The notes beneath the pieces are model-generated. The model worked only from the letters and a program-made list of their open reading frames with translations, had not been told where the DNA came from and searched no databases. Shown piece after piece: positions 1-12,860 of a stretch of DNA of 64,000 nt; position 1 is the first letter of the stretch; every line of letters begins with the position of its first letter. Location: the NCBI RefSeq assembly GCF_044704955.1, contig NC_091984.1, positions 147,436,001-147,500,000 of the forward strand. Reading direction: 5' to 3'. The position numbers and the translations under genes are program-made. This DNA comes from Pristiophorus japonicus. Its lineage: Eukaryota.

Positions 1-1652
1 AGGAGGAACTGAAGGATATCCTTGTTCGGCGGGAAATTGTGTAAGTGAAATTGATGGGATTGAAGGCCGATAAATCCCCGGGGCCTGATAGTCTGCATCC
101 CAGAGTACTTAAGGATGTGGCCCTAGAAATAGCGGATGCATTTGTGATAATTTTCCAACAGTCTACTGACTCTGGATCAGTTCCTTTGGACTGGAGGGTA
201 GCTAATGTAACACCACTTTTTAAAAAAGGAGGGAGAGAGAAAGTGGATAATTATGGACCGGTTAGCCTGACATCAGTACTGCGGAAAATGTTGGAATCAA
301 TTATTAAGGATGAAATAGCAGCGCAATTGGAAAGCAGTGACAGGATTGGTCCAAGTCAGCATGGATTTATAAAGGGGAAATCATGCTTGACAAATCTTCT
401 GGAATGTTTTGAGGATGTAACTGGGAGAGTAGACAAGGGAGAACCAGTGGATGTGGTGTATTTGGACTTTCAAAAGGCTTTTGACTAGATCCCACACAGG
501 AGATTGGTGTGCAAAATCAAAGCACTTGGTATTGGGGGTAATATACTGACGCGGATAGAGAACTGGTTGGCAGACAGGAAGCAGAGAGTCGGGATAAATT
601 GGTCCTTTTCAGAATGGCAGGCAGTGACTAGTGGAGTGCCACAGGGCTCAGTGCTGGAACCCCAGCTCTTTACAATATACGTCAATGATTTGGATGAAGG
701 AATCGAGTGTAATATCTCCAAGTTTGCAGATGACACTAAACTGGGTGGCAGTGTGAGCTGTGAGAGGGACGCTAGGAGGCTGCAGGGTGAATTGGACAGG
801 TTAGGTGAGTGGGCAAATGCATGGCAGATGCAGTATAATGTGGATAAATGTGAGGTTATCCACTTTGGGGGTAAAAATGCGAAGACAGAATATTATCTGA
901 ATGGTGGCAGATTCGGAAAAGGGGAGGTGCAACGAGACCTGGGTGTCATGGTTCATCAGTCATTGAAAGTTGGCACACAGGTACAGCAGGCGGTGAGGAA
1001 GGCAAATGGTATGTTGGCCTTCATTGCTAGGCGATTTGAGTACAGGAGCAGGGAGGCCTTACTGCAGTTGTACAGGGCCTTAGTGAGGCCTCACCTGGAA
1101 TATTGTGTTCAGTTTTGGTCTCCTAATCTGAGGAAGGACGTTCTTGCTATTGAGGGAGTGCAGCGAAGGTTCATCAGACTGATTCCCGGGATGGCTGGAC
1201 TGACATATGAGGAGAGACTGGATCAACTGGGCCTGTATTCACTGGAGTTTAGAAGGATGAGATGGGATCTCATAGAAACATATAAAATTCTGACGAGACT
1301 GGACAGGTTAGATGTGGGTAGAATGTTCCCGATGTTGGGGAAGTCCAGAACCAGGGGACACAGTCTTAGGATAAGGGGTAGGCCATTTAGGACTGCGATG
1401 AGGAGAAACTTCTTCAATCAGAGAGTTGTTAACCTGTGGAATTCCCTGCCGCAGAGATTTGTTGATGCCAGTTCATTAGGTATATTCAAGAGGGAGTTAG
1501 ATATGGCCCTTACTGCTAAGGGGATCAAGGGATATGGAGAGAAAGCAGGAAAGGGGTACTAAGGGAATGATCAGCCATGATCTTATTGAATGGTGGTGCA
1601 GGCTCGAAGGGCCGAATGGCCTACTCCTGCACCTATTTTCTATGTTTCTATG
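1..1652 (+). mobile_element. CR1-clade LINE, 3' part of ORF2 (RT) plus 3' UTR with (TTTCTATG)n tail; one in-frame stop
   Basis: ORFs 45-488 and 504-1562 carry CR1 RT motifs (KSPGPD, QHGF, YLDFQKAFD, GVPQGSVL, KFADD, HLEYCVQFWSP); the tail tttctatgtttctatg is at ~1637-1652. Confidence 0.95.
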
Positions 1653-1654
1653 TA

Positions 1655-3110
1655 AATCTACCAAAGTTCCCTGGATTCTAGAGATGTCCCAGCAGATTGG
1701 AAAACTGCAAATATAACGACCCTATTTAAAAAAGGAAGGAGACAGAAAACAGTAAACTATAGACCAGTTAGCCTAACATCTGTCGTTGGGAAAATGCTGG
1801 TGTCCATTATTAAGAAAGCAGTAATAGGACATTTGGAAAAGCATAATTCAGTCAAGCAGAGTCAGCATGGACTTATGAAAGGGAAATAATGTTTGACACA
1901 TTTGCTGGAGTTCTTTGAGGAAGTAATGTGCAGGATGGATATGGGGGAACAAGTGGATACGGTGTATTTGGATTTCCAGAAGGGATTCAATAAGGTGCCA
2001 CATAAAAGAATACCGCACACGATAAGAGAACACGGGGTTGGTGCTAATACATTAGCATGGTTCGAGGATTGGCTAACTAACAGAAAACAGAGAGTCAAGA
2101 TAAATGGGTCATTTTCTGGTCGGCAACCAGTAACTAGTGGGGTTTCACAGGGATCGGTGTTGGGGCCTCACCTATTTACAATCTATATTAATAACTTGAA
2201 TGAACGGACTGAGTGTAAAAAATCGAAGAGCAAATTATTATTTAAATGGAGAAAGATTACAAAATGCTGTAGGACAGAGGGACCTGGGGGCCCTTGTGCA
2301 TGAGACACAAAAAGTTAGTATGCAGATACAGCAAGTAATCAGGAAGCAAATGGAATGTTGGCCTTAATTGCAAGGGGGATGGAGTATAAAAGCAGGGAAG
2401 TCCTGCTACATCTGTACAGGGTATTGGTGAGACCACACCGAGAATATTGTGTACAGTTTTGGTCTCCTTATGTAAGGAGGGATATATTTGCACTGGAGGC
2501 AGTTCAGAGAAGGTTCACAAGGTTGATTCCTGAGATGAAGGGGCTGACTTATGAAGAAAGATTGAGCAGGTTAATCAGAACATAAGAAATAGGAACAGGA
2601 GTAGGACATACGGCCCCTCCGCCATTCAATAAGGTCATGGCTGATCTGATCATGGACTCAGCTCAACTTCCACGCTCGCTCCACATATTCTTGTAAACTC
2701 CAAAGAGTATGAGAGGTGAACTTATTGAAACATATAAGATTCTGAGGGGATTCGACAAGATAGATGCAGTGAGGATGTTTCCACTCATAGGGGAACCAAG
2801 AACGAGCGGGCAGAGTTTAAGTATAAGGGGTCGGTCATTTGGAACTGAGATGAGGAGGAATTTCTTCTCTCAGAGGGTTGTAAATCTGTGCAATTCTCTG
2901 CCCCAGAGAGCTGTGGAGGCTGGGTCAGTGAATATATTGAAGGTGGAGATAGAAAGATTTTTGAACGATAAGGCAGTAAAGGGTTCTGGGTAGCAGGCAG
3001 GGAAGTGGAGCTGAGCCCATTATCAGATCAGCCATGATCTTATTGAATGGCGGAGCAGGCTCGAGGGGCCAAATGGCCTAATCCTGCTCCTATTTCTTAT
3101 GTTCTGATGA
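1655..3110 (+). mobile_element. Degenerate CR1 LINE ORF2 and 3' end, with a nested reverse CR1 tail at ~2575-2690
   Basis: Fragmented ORFs 1893-2303, 2355-2585 and 2709-2993 with CR1 RT and C-terminal motifs. Confidence 0.9.
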
Positions 3111-3164
3111 TTCTTTGGCCTAGAATTTCCCTGGTCTAGCACCAGCTAATAAGAGGGTTTTGTT

Positions 3165-3905
3165 CAAATAATTGGTTCAAAGGCAGGAAGCAAAGGGTAA
3201 TAGTTAACGAGTGTTTTTGTGACTGGAAGGCTGTTTCCAGTGGGGTTCCGCAGGTCTCAGTACTAGGTCCCTTGCTTTTTGTGGTATATATCAATGACTT
3301 GGACTTGAATGTAAGGGGCATGATCAAGAATTTTGCAATTGAAACTAAAATTGGCCGTGTGGTTGATAATGAAGAAGAAAGCTGTAGACTGCAGGAAGAT
3401 ATCAATTAAATGGTCAGGTGGGCAGAACAGTGGCAAATGGAATTCAATCCGGAGTAGTGTGAGGTAATGCATTTGGGGAGGGCTAACAAGGCAAGGGAAT
3501 ACACATTAACTGGTACGACACTGAAAAGTGCAGAGAAACAAAGGGACCTTGGAGTACAGGTCCACAGATCCCTGATGGTAGCAGGTCAGGAAGGTAAGAT
3601 GGTTAAGAAGGCATGTGGAATACTTGCCTTTATTCGACGAGGCATGAATACAAGAGCAAGGACATTATGCTTAAACTGTATAAAACACTGGTTAGGCCAC
3701 AGCAGGAGTACTTTCGTGCATTTCTGGTCACTACATTACATTACATTACAAGAAAGATGTGATTGCACTGGAAAGGGTGCAGAGGATGCAGAGGTTACAG
3801 GGCTACGGACAGAGAGCTGGAAAGTGGGATGAGGCTGGATAGCTCTTGATCAGCCGGTGCAGACACGGTGGGCCGAAACGGATTCCCTCCGTGCTGTGAA
3901 TTTCT
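3165..3905 (+). mobile_element. Degenerate CR1 LINE fragment (second subfamily)
   Basis: Motifs GVPQ..VLGP, MHLGRANK and RDLGVQVH; CR1 3' UTR ggaaagtgggat...gggccgaa. Confidence 0.8.
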
Positions 3906-4019
3906 ATCATGGACAGATGCATCTACAACAGGCAGATTGTTGAGGACGAGGTCAAGTAGGTTTTTCCCTCGTGTTGGTTCTCTCCCCATCTGCTCTGGGC
4001 CCAGTCTGGCAGATATGTC

Positions 4020-4890
4020 ATAGAATCATAGAATCACAGAGGTTTACAGCACAGAAGGAGGCCATTTCAGACCATCATATCCGCGCCACCCAACAAAGAG
4101 CTATCCAGCCTAATCCCACTTTCCAGCTCTGGGTCCATAGCCCTGCAGGTTACGGAACTTCAAGTGCACATCCAAGTACTTTTTAAATGTGGTGAGGGTT
4201 TCTGCCTCTACTAATGAAGGACCTAATATTCCAGGTCCTGACCTACATCCTGAAGGGTGGAAGATGCCTGTGCGTGGATTTTTTTTAACATGTGGTGACC
4301 GTTGCACACCAGCCTTCACATGGGCTCGACAGAGCTAGGTCTTGGTCCAGTGGCAAGGGTTAACCAGGACGACTGGAGACCTGCTCTGCTGTACGGACTG
4401 AGTGTGCACACATATCGCAGTGTGGGCTGGCCCGTGCTACCCCTGGGCCCCTGGCCACACCCCCACGACACTCTGGGTGAAGAAATTTCCCCTCAAGTCT
4501 CCTCCAATCACTTTAAATCTATGCCCCCTGATTGTTGAGCTGGAGGAGGAAATTCAGAAACTCCAACCCTGAGTTCAAGCACAGACCATTGCTTCCTTGA
4601 GTATGAATTGAAGCATAATTAAAGTTACATGCTCTGTTGAAGATTTTGTTCATGGGAAAAAAACTTATTTTATTGTAGGAGAGAGCAATTTCAGGTAATA
4701 TTTGTGTATCTGGCTAACAGAAATAGGTCCATCCTACCAACTCTTTCCAGGCCCCTCATAATTTTATACACCTCAATCAGGTCTCCCCTCAGCCTCCTCT
4801 GTCCAAAGAAAACAAACCCAGCCTATCCCATCGTTCCTCATAGTTAAAATTCTCCAGTCCAGGCAACATCCTCATATATCCTCTCTACCC
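4020..4890 (-). mobile_element. CR1 3' fragments interrupted by a short RTE-tailed repeat (~4215-4465) and an unassigned ~180 bp insert
   Basis: FKKYLDVHLK/GYGPRAGKWD motif; 4230-4460 is the reverse complement of the repeat at 10640-10945. Confidence 0.7.
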
Positions 4891-5419
4891 TCGGTTTAAC
4901 GTCCCATCCGAAGAAATCGTACTGTTAATGAAACACTGAAGGCAAGAACTTTGAAGTGGTGGGAATACTCAATGTATCAAGACAGGAACATTGTAAACAT
5001 TGATTGTGACATCATGCACTCACAATCTCCCCATAGTATGCACAATGTGAGCACCAGACCCGAGGACAGAACCCAAGGAGATGTGCCCAGCACCAATCCA
5101 GGACAATGATCAATGTAAAGCCAAAGCTGAATGTTATCAGGGCTGCTTTGCCGATGATTGCCCTGTGATCGCGGGCACCAGCAGCACACACACCTCTTGT
5201 GGGTACAGTCGTGTTGTGGTTATGTTGCTGCAGAGCACTCCACAGGCCTGCACTAATAATCCCCACAATCTCACCATGGCCCTTTGACTATTTCAATTCA
5301 GCTCTTTTTTAAATTCTGGAAATAAAAAGCTGGTCTCAGTAAAAGTGACCACAAAGCTGTCAAATTGTCAGAAAAGCCCAATTGGTTCAGTGACATACTT
5401 TCGGGAAGGAAACCTGCCG

Positions 5420-6460
5420 TCCTTGCCACATAAAAGGTTGCTGCCCAAGATAAGAGCTCACGGGGTTGGGGGTAATATATTAGCATGGATAGAGGATTGG
5501 CTAACTAACAGCAAACAGAGAGTGAGGATAAATGGGTCATTTTCAGGTCGGCAAATTGTAATAAGTGGGGTGCCGCAGGGATCAGTGCTGGGGCCTCAAC
5601 TATTTACAACCTATATTAATGACTTGAATGAAGGGACCGAGTGTAATGTAACCAAATTTGCTGATGTACAAAGATAGGTGAGAAAGCAAGTTGTGAGGAA
5701 GGCACAAAGATTCTGCAAATGGATATAGACAGGCTGAGTGAGTGGACAAAGATTTGGCAGATGGAGTATAATGTTGGAAAATGTGAATTTATCCACTTTG
5801 GTAGGAAAAATAATTATTATTTAAATGGGGAAAGATTACAAAATGCTGTGGTACAGTTCATTGATATCTTCCTGCAGTCTACAGCTTTCTTCTTCATTAT
5901 CAACCATCGCCGAGTTTAGTATCATCTGCAAACTTAGTATCATCTGTAATCATTCTCCCTACATTCAAGTCTAAATCATTGATATATACCACAAAAAGCC
6001 AGGGACCCAGCACTGATCCCTGCCGAGCCCCACTGGAAACAGCCTACCAGTCACAAAAACACCCATCAACCATTACCCTCTGCTTCCTGCCTCTGAACCA
6101 ATTTTGGATCCAACTTGTCACTTTGTCCTGGATCCCATGGGCTTTTACTTTTGTGACCAGTCTGCTGTGTGGGACCTTCTCAAAAGCCTTGTTAAAATCC
6201 AAATACACTGCATCATATGCACTGCCCTCATCGACCCTCCTGGTTATCTCCTCAAAAAATTCAATCAAGTTATTCAGACACGACCTTCCCTTAACAAATC
6301 CATGCTGACTATCCTTGATTAATCCGTGTTTTGTTAAATGAAGATTCCTCCTATCCCGCCCCCGAGGTTAGGCTGACTGACCTGTAGTGACTCGATCTAT
6401 CCCTTGCTCCCTTTTTAAACAAAGGTACCACGTTTGCAGTCCTCCAGTCCTCCGGTACCT
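5420..6460. mobile_element. Two CR1 RT fragments in opposite orientation (+ 5420-5850, - 5850-6460)
   Basis: ORFs 5345-5677 (+) and 6044-6268 (-) with RT motifs. Confidence 0.85.
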
Positions 6461-6489
6461 GGGATTGCAATGTCAGCATCGCCCCTCTC

Positions 6490-6930
6490 GGCCAGCTCGG
6501 TCAGTAATGGTGCTACCGAGACACTCTTGGTGATGGACAGTGAAGTCCCCCACCCAGAGTACATTCTGTGCCCTTGCTACTCTGCGTGCTTCTTCCAAGT
6601 GGTGTTCAACATGGAGGAGTACTAATTCATCAGCTGGGGGAGGGCGGGAGGTGGTAATCAGCAGGAGGTTTCATTGACCTGATGCCATGAGACTTCATGG
6701 GGTCCGGAGTCAATGTTGAGGACTCCCAGGGCCACTCCCTCCCGACTGTATACCACTGAGCCGCCACCTCGGGTGATGGAGGAATCTGGGACATTGGCTG
6801 AAAGGTCTGATTCTGTGAGTAGGAGAATGTCAGGCTGGTGCTTGACTAGTCTGTGGGGCAGCTCTCCCACTTTTGACACAAGTCCCCAGATGTTGGTGAG
6901 GAGGACGTTGCAGGGTCAGCACTGAGCCTG
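6490..6930 (-). mobile_element. LINE apurinic endonuclease fragment (CR1/L2 group)
   Basis: ORF 6658-6879 reads KVGEL..QPDILLLTES..RGGGSVVY, typical of APE domain I-II. Confidence 0.7.
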
Positions 6931-6959
6931 GGTCCACTGTCCTAGCCGGTCCGAGCTGC

Positions 6960-7140
6960 TGTTATTCTGCCTGATTGGACGGTTATTATTAGAGACTCAG
7001 ACCACAGCAGAAATCCCCCGTGCAAAAAATAACTGAAGAGACTGACAGATCGGAAGAATGAAACTTCAGCCACAGAGGAAGTGAAAGAGGGAGGTTGTCA
7101 CAGCTGTACGTTTATTAGTGACACAGGAGAAAACTGCGAA
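6960..7140. promoter_or_regulatory. Candidate upstream B-cell enhancer
   Basis: ATTGG 6974, RUNX ACCACA 7001-7006, kB-like GAAATCCCCC 7010-7019, EICE GGAAGTGAAA 7077-7086, E-box CAGCTG 7101-7106; all are kept in the inverted paralog at 57.5-57.7 kb. Confidence 0.5.
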
Positions 7141-7774
7141 CTGCGCTCACAGCCTAGAATCTTACAGCACAGAAGGAGGCCATTCGGCCCATCGTGCCTG
7201 TGCTGGCTCTTTGACAGAATTACCCAATTAGTCCCACCCCCCCTCTATTTCCCCGTAACCCAGCAAATTGTTCCTTTTCAAGTATATATCCAATTCCCTC
7301 TTGCAGACCTGGGCCCACAGCATTAGATTGCCCCTAACCTGGGCACCACATTGGCATCTCATTCATTCACTGGGACAGGAAATGCCTGGTGTGGGAAATG
7401 GAGTCCAGGGCTCTGAACATTCCCTCTCCTCTCCTGAGGAAGTCTTCATGCTGGGGTCCAGTTCCATGGGCCCCGACAGCACATTCCGACCTCACCTACT
7501 TCCTCATTCCACGTGTGTAAGCCTGGACCCTATCACTAGGATATCTGACTGCAGGAGGCCTCACCACTGTGTCCAGCACTGTCCTCACCCGAAATCCACA
7601 CACAGTCTGCATTGATCTGGGGCCTTTAACGTGCCAAAGGTCACAAGACACTTATCATCGCTGTTGTAAGAACGTGGGGAGCGGGGGTTCGGGGGGCTTT
7701 AGGAAGGGTGATTGAAGGCCTGGGTGCAAGGATGGCGTTAGCTGGAGGAGAGAGAGCTGGAGAGGGGGAGGGAT

Positions 7775-10275
7775 TAGAACATAAGAAATAGGAGCAGGAG
7801 TAGGCCTACGGCCCCTCGAGCCTGCTCCGCCTTTTAATATGATCATGGCTGATCCGATCATGGACTCAGCTCCACTTTCCTGCTTGCTCTCCATAACTCC
7901 TTATTCCCTTATCGGTTAAGAAACTGTCTATTTCTGTCTTAAATTTATTCAATGACCCATCTTCCACAACTCTCTGAGGCAGCGAATTCCACAGATTTAC
8001 AACCCTCAGAGAAGAAATTCCTCCACATTTCAGTTTTAAATGGGCGGCCCCTTATTCTAAGATTATGCCTCCTAGTTCTTGTCTCCCCTATCAGTGGAAA
8101 CAGCCTCTGCATCCACCTTGTCAAGCACCCTCATAATCTTACATGTTTCGATAAGATTACCTTTCATTCTTCTGATTTCCATTCAGTATAGGCCCAACCT
8201 ACTCAACCTTTCCTCATAAGTCATTGCCCTCATCTACGGAATCAACCTAGTGAACCTTCTCTGAATGCCTCCAAAGCAAGTGTATCCTTTCTTAAATATG
8301 GAAACCAAAACTGCACGCAGTATTCCAGTTGTCGCTTCACCAATACCCGGTATAACTGTAGCAAACACTTCCTTGCATTTATACTCTATCCCCTTTGCAA
8401 TAAAGGCCAAGATTGCATTGGCCTTCCTGATCACTTGCTGAACCTGCATAATAAACTTTTGTGTTTCATGCACCAGGACCCCCAGTTCCCGCTGTACTGC
8501 AACACTTTGTTATTTTTCTCCATTTAAATAATAACTTGCTCTTTGATTTTTTTCTGACAAAGTGTATAACCTCACACTTTCCAACATTATATTCCATCTG
8601 CCAAATTTTTGCCCATTCACTTAGCCTGTCTATGTCCTTTTGCAGGTTTTTTGTTTCCTCCTCATACATTGTGTTTACTCCTTTCTTTATATTGTCAGCA
8701 AACTTGGCTACATTACACTCGGTTCCTTCTTCCAAGTCGTTGATATAGATTGTAAATAATTGGGGTCCCAGCACTGATTTCTGCGGCATCCCACTAGTGA
8801 CTGATTGCCAACCCGAGAATGAACCATTTATCACGACTCTGTTTTCTGTTAGTTAGCCAATCCTCTATCCATGTTTATATATTACCCCCAACTCCGTGAA
8901 CTTTTATCCTGTGCCTTTAATGTGGCACCTTATTGAATGCCTTCTGGAAATCCAAATACACCACATCCACTGGTTCCCCTTTATCCACCCTGCTCATTAC
9001 ATCCTCAAAGAATTCCAGCAAATTTGTCAAACATGACTTCCCCTTCATGAATCCATTCTGACTCTGCCTGACTGAATTATGTTTTTCCAAATGTCCTGCT
9101 ACTATTTCTTTAATATTTTCCCAACCACAGATGTTAGGCTAACTGTTCTCTAGTTTCCTGTTTTTTGTCTGCATCCTTTTTTTAATATGGGCATTACATT
9201 TGCAGTTTTCCATTACATTTGCAGTTTTCCAATCTGCTGGGATCTCCCCAGAATCCAGGGAATTTCGGTAAATTACAACCAATGCATCCACTATCCCTGT
9301 CATTACTTCTCTTAAGACCCTAGAATGCAAGCCATCAGGTCCAGTGGATTTATCCGCCTTTAGTCCCATTATCTTACTGAGAACCACCTCCTTAGTGATT
9401 GTGATTGTGTGAAGTTCCTCTCCCCCCCCGCCCCCCCCATAGACCCCTGACTATGCACTGTTGGGATATTTTTAGTGTCCTCTACTGTAAAGATTGCTAC
9501 AAAATATTTGCTCAGTGTTTCTGCCATCTCCATGTTCCCCATGTTCCCCATCACTAATTCCCCGGTCTCGTCCTCTAAGGGACCAACATTTATTTTATCC
9601 GCTCTTTTCCTTTTTATATACCTGTAGAAACTCTTGCTATCTGTTTTTATATTTTGTGCTAGTTTACTTTCATCTTCCATTTCTTAATCATTTTTTTAGT
9701 CATTCTTTGCTGGATTTTAAAAGCTTCCCAGTCTTCTGTCCTCCCACTAATTTTGGCCACCTTGTATGCCCTTGTTTTTAAATTGGATACCGTCCTTTAT
9801 TTCTTTAGTTAGCCACGGATGGCTATCTTTTTTTTTACATCCTTTCCACCTCACTGGAATATATTTTTCTTGAGAGTGATTAAATATCTCCTCAAATGTA
9901 CGTCACTGTTCATTAACCGTCCTACATTTTAATCTATTTTCCCAGTCCATTTTAACCAACTCTGCCCTCATACTTTTGTAGTCTCCTTTATTTAATCTTA
10001 GTATACTAGTTTGAGATTCAACTTTCTCGCCCTCGATCTAAATTTGAAATTCAACCATGATATGGTCTCTCATTCCAAGGGGATCCTTTACTGGGAGATT
10101 GTTTATTAATCCTGTCTCATTGCACAAGACCAGATCTAAGATAGCCTGCCCTCGGTTAGTTTCTTTACATACTGTACAAGGAACCCATCCCTTATGCACT
10201 CTATCAACTCTTCTTCAAGGCTACCCTGACCAATTTGATTTGTCCAATCAATGTGTAGGTTAAAATCACCCATTA
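7775..10275 (-). mobile_element. Degenerate 5'-truncated CR1 LINE (~2.5 kb)
   Basis: Minus-strand ORFs 8234-8473, 8466-8834, 9139-9387 and 9369-9680 with CR1 ORF2 motifs; tail aacataagaa at ~7778. Confidence 0.9.
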
Positions 10276-10439
10276 CAATCATACCATGAGAACTTCCAGC
10301 GCGAGCTGCTCCAAGTGAGCGATGGCTTCGAAGTGGGTGATTGGGTGATGGGGTGATGTCATCAGGACCCAGGTCGGCATTTGGAGCGTGGGCAGGAACA
10401 TCGGCGGACCCAGGTAAAGCAGAGGAGTGGGAAGGTCGC

Positions 10440-10630
10440 GGGGAGGTGTGGTGAGTGATCGAGGTGGAGGAGCGATGAGGGATCGTGGCTGAGATTCAGT
10501 TGGTGATCGTGGCGGAAGTCCGGCAAATGTTTGGCGCAGAGGTGCGGCGAGAGATCGTGGCGGAGGTGCGGCGAATGTTGGTGGCGGAGGAGCGCTGAGG
10601 GATCATGGTGGAGGTGCGGCAAATGAGGGT
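10440..10630. repeat. Degenerate GC-rich tandem repeat (gatcgtggcggaggtgcggc-like units)
   Basis: Repeated gatcgtggcggagg / ggtgcggc motifs. Confidence 0.6.
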
Positions 10631-10950
10631 TCGGGGCCCAAAAGAGCCGAGGGCCCAGGGGCAGCACGGGCCAGCCCACACTGCGATATGTAAGCGCACT
10701 GGGTCCGTGCAGAGCAGGCCTCCAGTCATCCGGGTTAATCTTTGCCACTGGATAAAGGCCTCGCTCTGTCAAGCCCGTGTGGTGGCTGATGTGCAACGGT
10801 CACCACGTTAAAAAAAATCCATGCACAGGCATCTTCCAGCCCCTCAATTGGAGTTCAGGACTGGATCATCGGGTCCTTCATTGAAACATCTGTGAACTCA
10901 GTTGGAAGCAAGTCATCCTCGTTCGAGGGACCGCCAATGATGATGATGAG
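10630..10950 (+). mobile_element. Short non-autonomous retroelement with an RTE-like 3' end, (ATG)n tail; copies at ~4215-4465 (-) and ~59470-59790 (+)
   Basis: Three near-identical copies in the window; the end gcaagtcatcctc...gggaccgcc.atgatgatg resembles the RTE 3' end at 31320-31360. Confidence 0.65.
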
Positions 10951-11984
10951 TAGGTCAGTGAGGTGAGAGGTAGTAGGTCAGTGAGGTCAGGGGCAGTAGG
11001 TCAGTGAGGTCAGGGTTCATATTGGAGTGAGGCAGGGTACGGACACTGCATTTTGGAAAGTTGGGGTTTATGGAGAGCGGATGAAGGAAGCCAGGAGGGG
11101 ACAACGAAATAATCGAGTTTAGAGATGAGACTGCACACAGGGAGGTTAAAGTAATAGTGACCTCAGTCTTTATCAAGACATTCCAGAGTGAGGAACAGGC
11201 CTTAGGGGCTGGCTTATATACAGTGCTCCCAAGGGATGCTGGGATCCCTTGGGACTTCAGGGGATGTGCTCCCTGGTGGCAGAACATGGGAGTGCATGCT
11301 TTACAGATACACAACAGAGCCAAGCAGAGCCATGGGTTTCTTCCATCAAGGGGCTGATGTAGGGCGGAGATGGGCAATGTTGGAGATGGAAATAAGAGGA
11401 TGTGGCGTACGAAGCTCAGTTTTTGGAGAACCAATAGGAAGGAGCCATGTTTCCTGGTCCCTAGTGGAGGAGCGGCACCCTTCAGTGAGAAAACCAAGGC
11501 CTGTCTGAGGCAGGTATTGTGACGGTCAGAGGTCCATTTTGTGGAAGGAGGAAAGGTCAGAGAGACCACAGACATTGTGCTCACCATGGACTCCGCCGCT
11601 GAGTGGGGTCAGCGGCCGGAAGGAGGCCAGAGCGTCGCCAGGGGCGAGGGAGGCCCGAGCGTCGCCGGGGGGGGGGGGGCGGGGGGAGGTAGGGAGGCCC
11701 GAGCATCGCCGAGGGGGGAGGGAGGGAGGGAGGCCCGTACTTTAGGGTGAGGAGTGAAGGTCGGGCCCAAACCTGTGGATGGGGCGGATCGGAGGCTCAC
11801 AGCCGTTGAGTTCGCCGGGATAGGTTGGAGCAGCTGAGTCGGCCAATGGGGAGTGAGAAGCGAGGGTCCAGCTGGAGGGACATGGCAGCAGGCAGGTCGA
11901 CCTGGAAGGTAGGCCGAGGATGGGCGATGGGTAGTGGGACCTTGCGCACGGGATTTTAGGGATTTCGGGGTAGGTAAAATACTT

Positions 11985-12860
11985 ACACCGCAGTCAATCC
12001 ACCTACGGCCCAAGCACCCAAGGCCCCACCCCACTGCTGGCCAAGAACGAGGAGACACTGAGGCAGTCAGGACCCGCTGGAAGGAACTCTTTGAAGATCT
12101 CCTTAATCGAGAATCTGCCTTAGATCTGAGTGTCCTCGACTCCATCCCGCAGCATGCTACCCATCACCTTCTCAGTAAAACCCCAGCCCTGCACGAGGTT
12201 GAAAAGGCCATCTGTCAGCTCAAGAACAATAAGGCATCGGGGACGGATGGAATCCCCGCTGAGGCATTAATGTATGGCAGAGCGTCACTATTGACATGAA
12301 TTTATGACCTCATCTCTCTCATCTGGAGGGAGGAGAGCATGCCGGGAGATCGCAGAGATGCAGTAATTGTGATCCATCTTTAAAAAAGGGGACAAGTCCG
12401 ACTGCGGCAACAGCAGAGGAATTTCCCTGTTATCAGCCACTGGGAAAGTCATCGCTAGAATCCTCCTCAACCGTCTTCTCCCTGTGGCTGAGGAGCTCCT
12501 GCCGGAGTCACAATGCGGATTCCGTCCACTACGGGGTACAACGGACATGATATTTACAGCGCGACAACTGCAAGAGAAAAGCAGGGAACAGCACCAACCC
12601 TTGTCCATGGCCGCCTTTGAACTTACAATGGCCTTTGACACTGTTAACCGCGAGGGTCTGTGGACCATCCTCCTCCGTTTCGGCTGCCCCCAAAAGTTTG
12701 TCCCCATTCTCAGCCTGCACCACGACAACATGCAAGCCATGGTCCTAACCAACGGATCCATCATAGACGCAATCCACATTCGGACCGGAGTCAAGCAGGG
12801 CTGCGTCAACGCACAAACCCTATTCTCGATCTTCCTGACGACAATGCTCCACCTCACACT
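11985..12860 (+). mobile_element. RTE-clade LINE RT fragment
   Basis: RWKELFEDLLNR, KASGTDGIPAE, LPESQCGFRPLRGTTDMIFTARQLQEK and GVKQGCV are RTE/BovB-type motifs. Confidence 0.9.

Noticed and set aside
4920-5290. Possible membrane-protein exon (ORF 5012-5266)
   Set aside because: No recognisable family, splice structure or supporting homology
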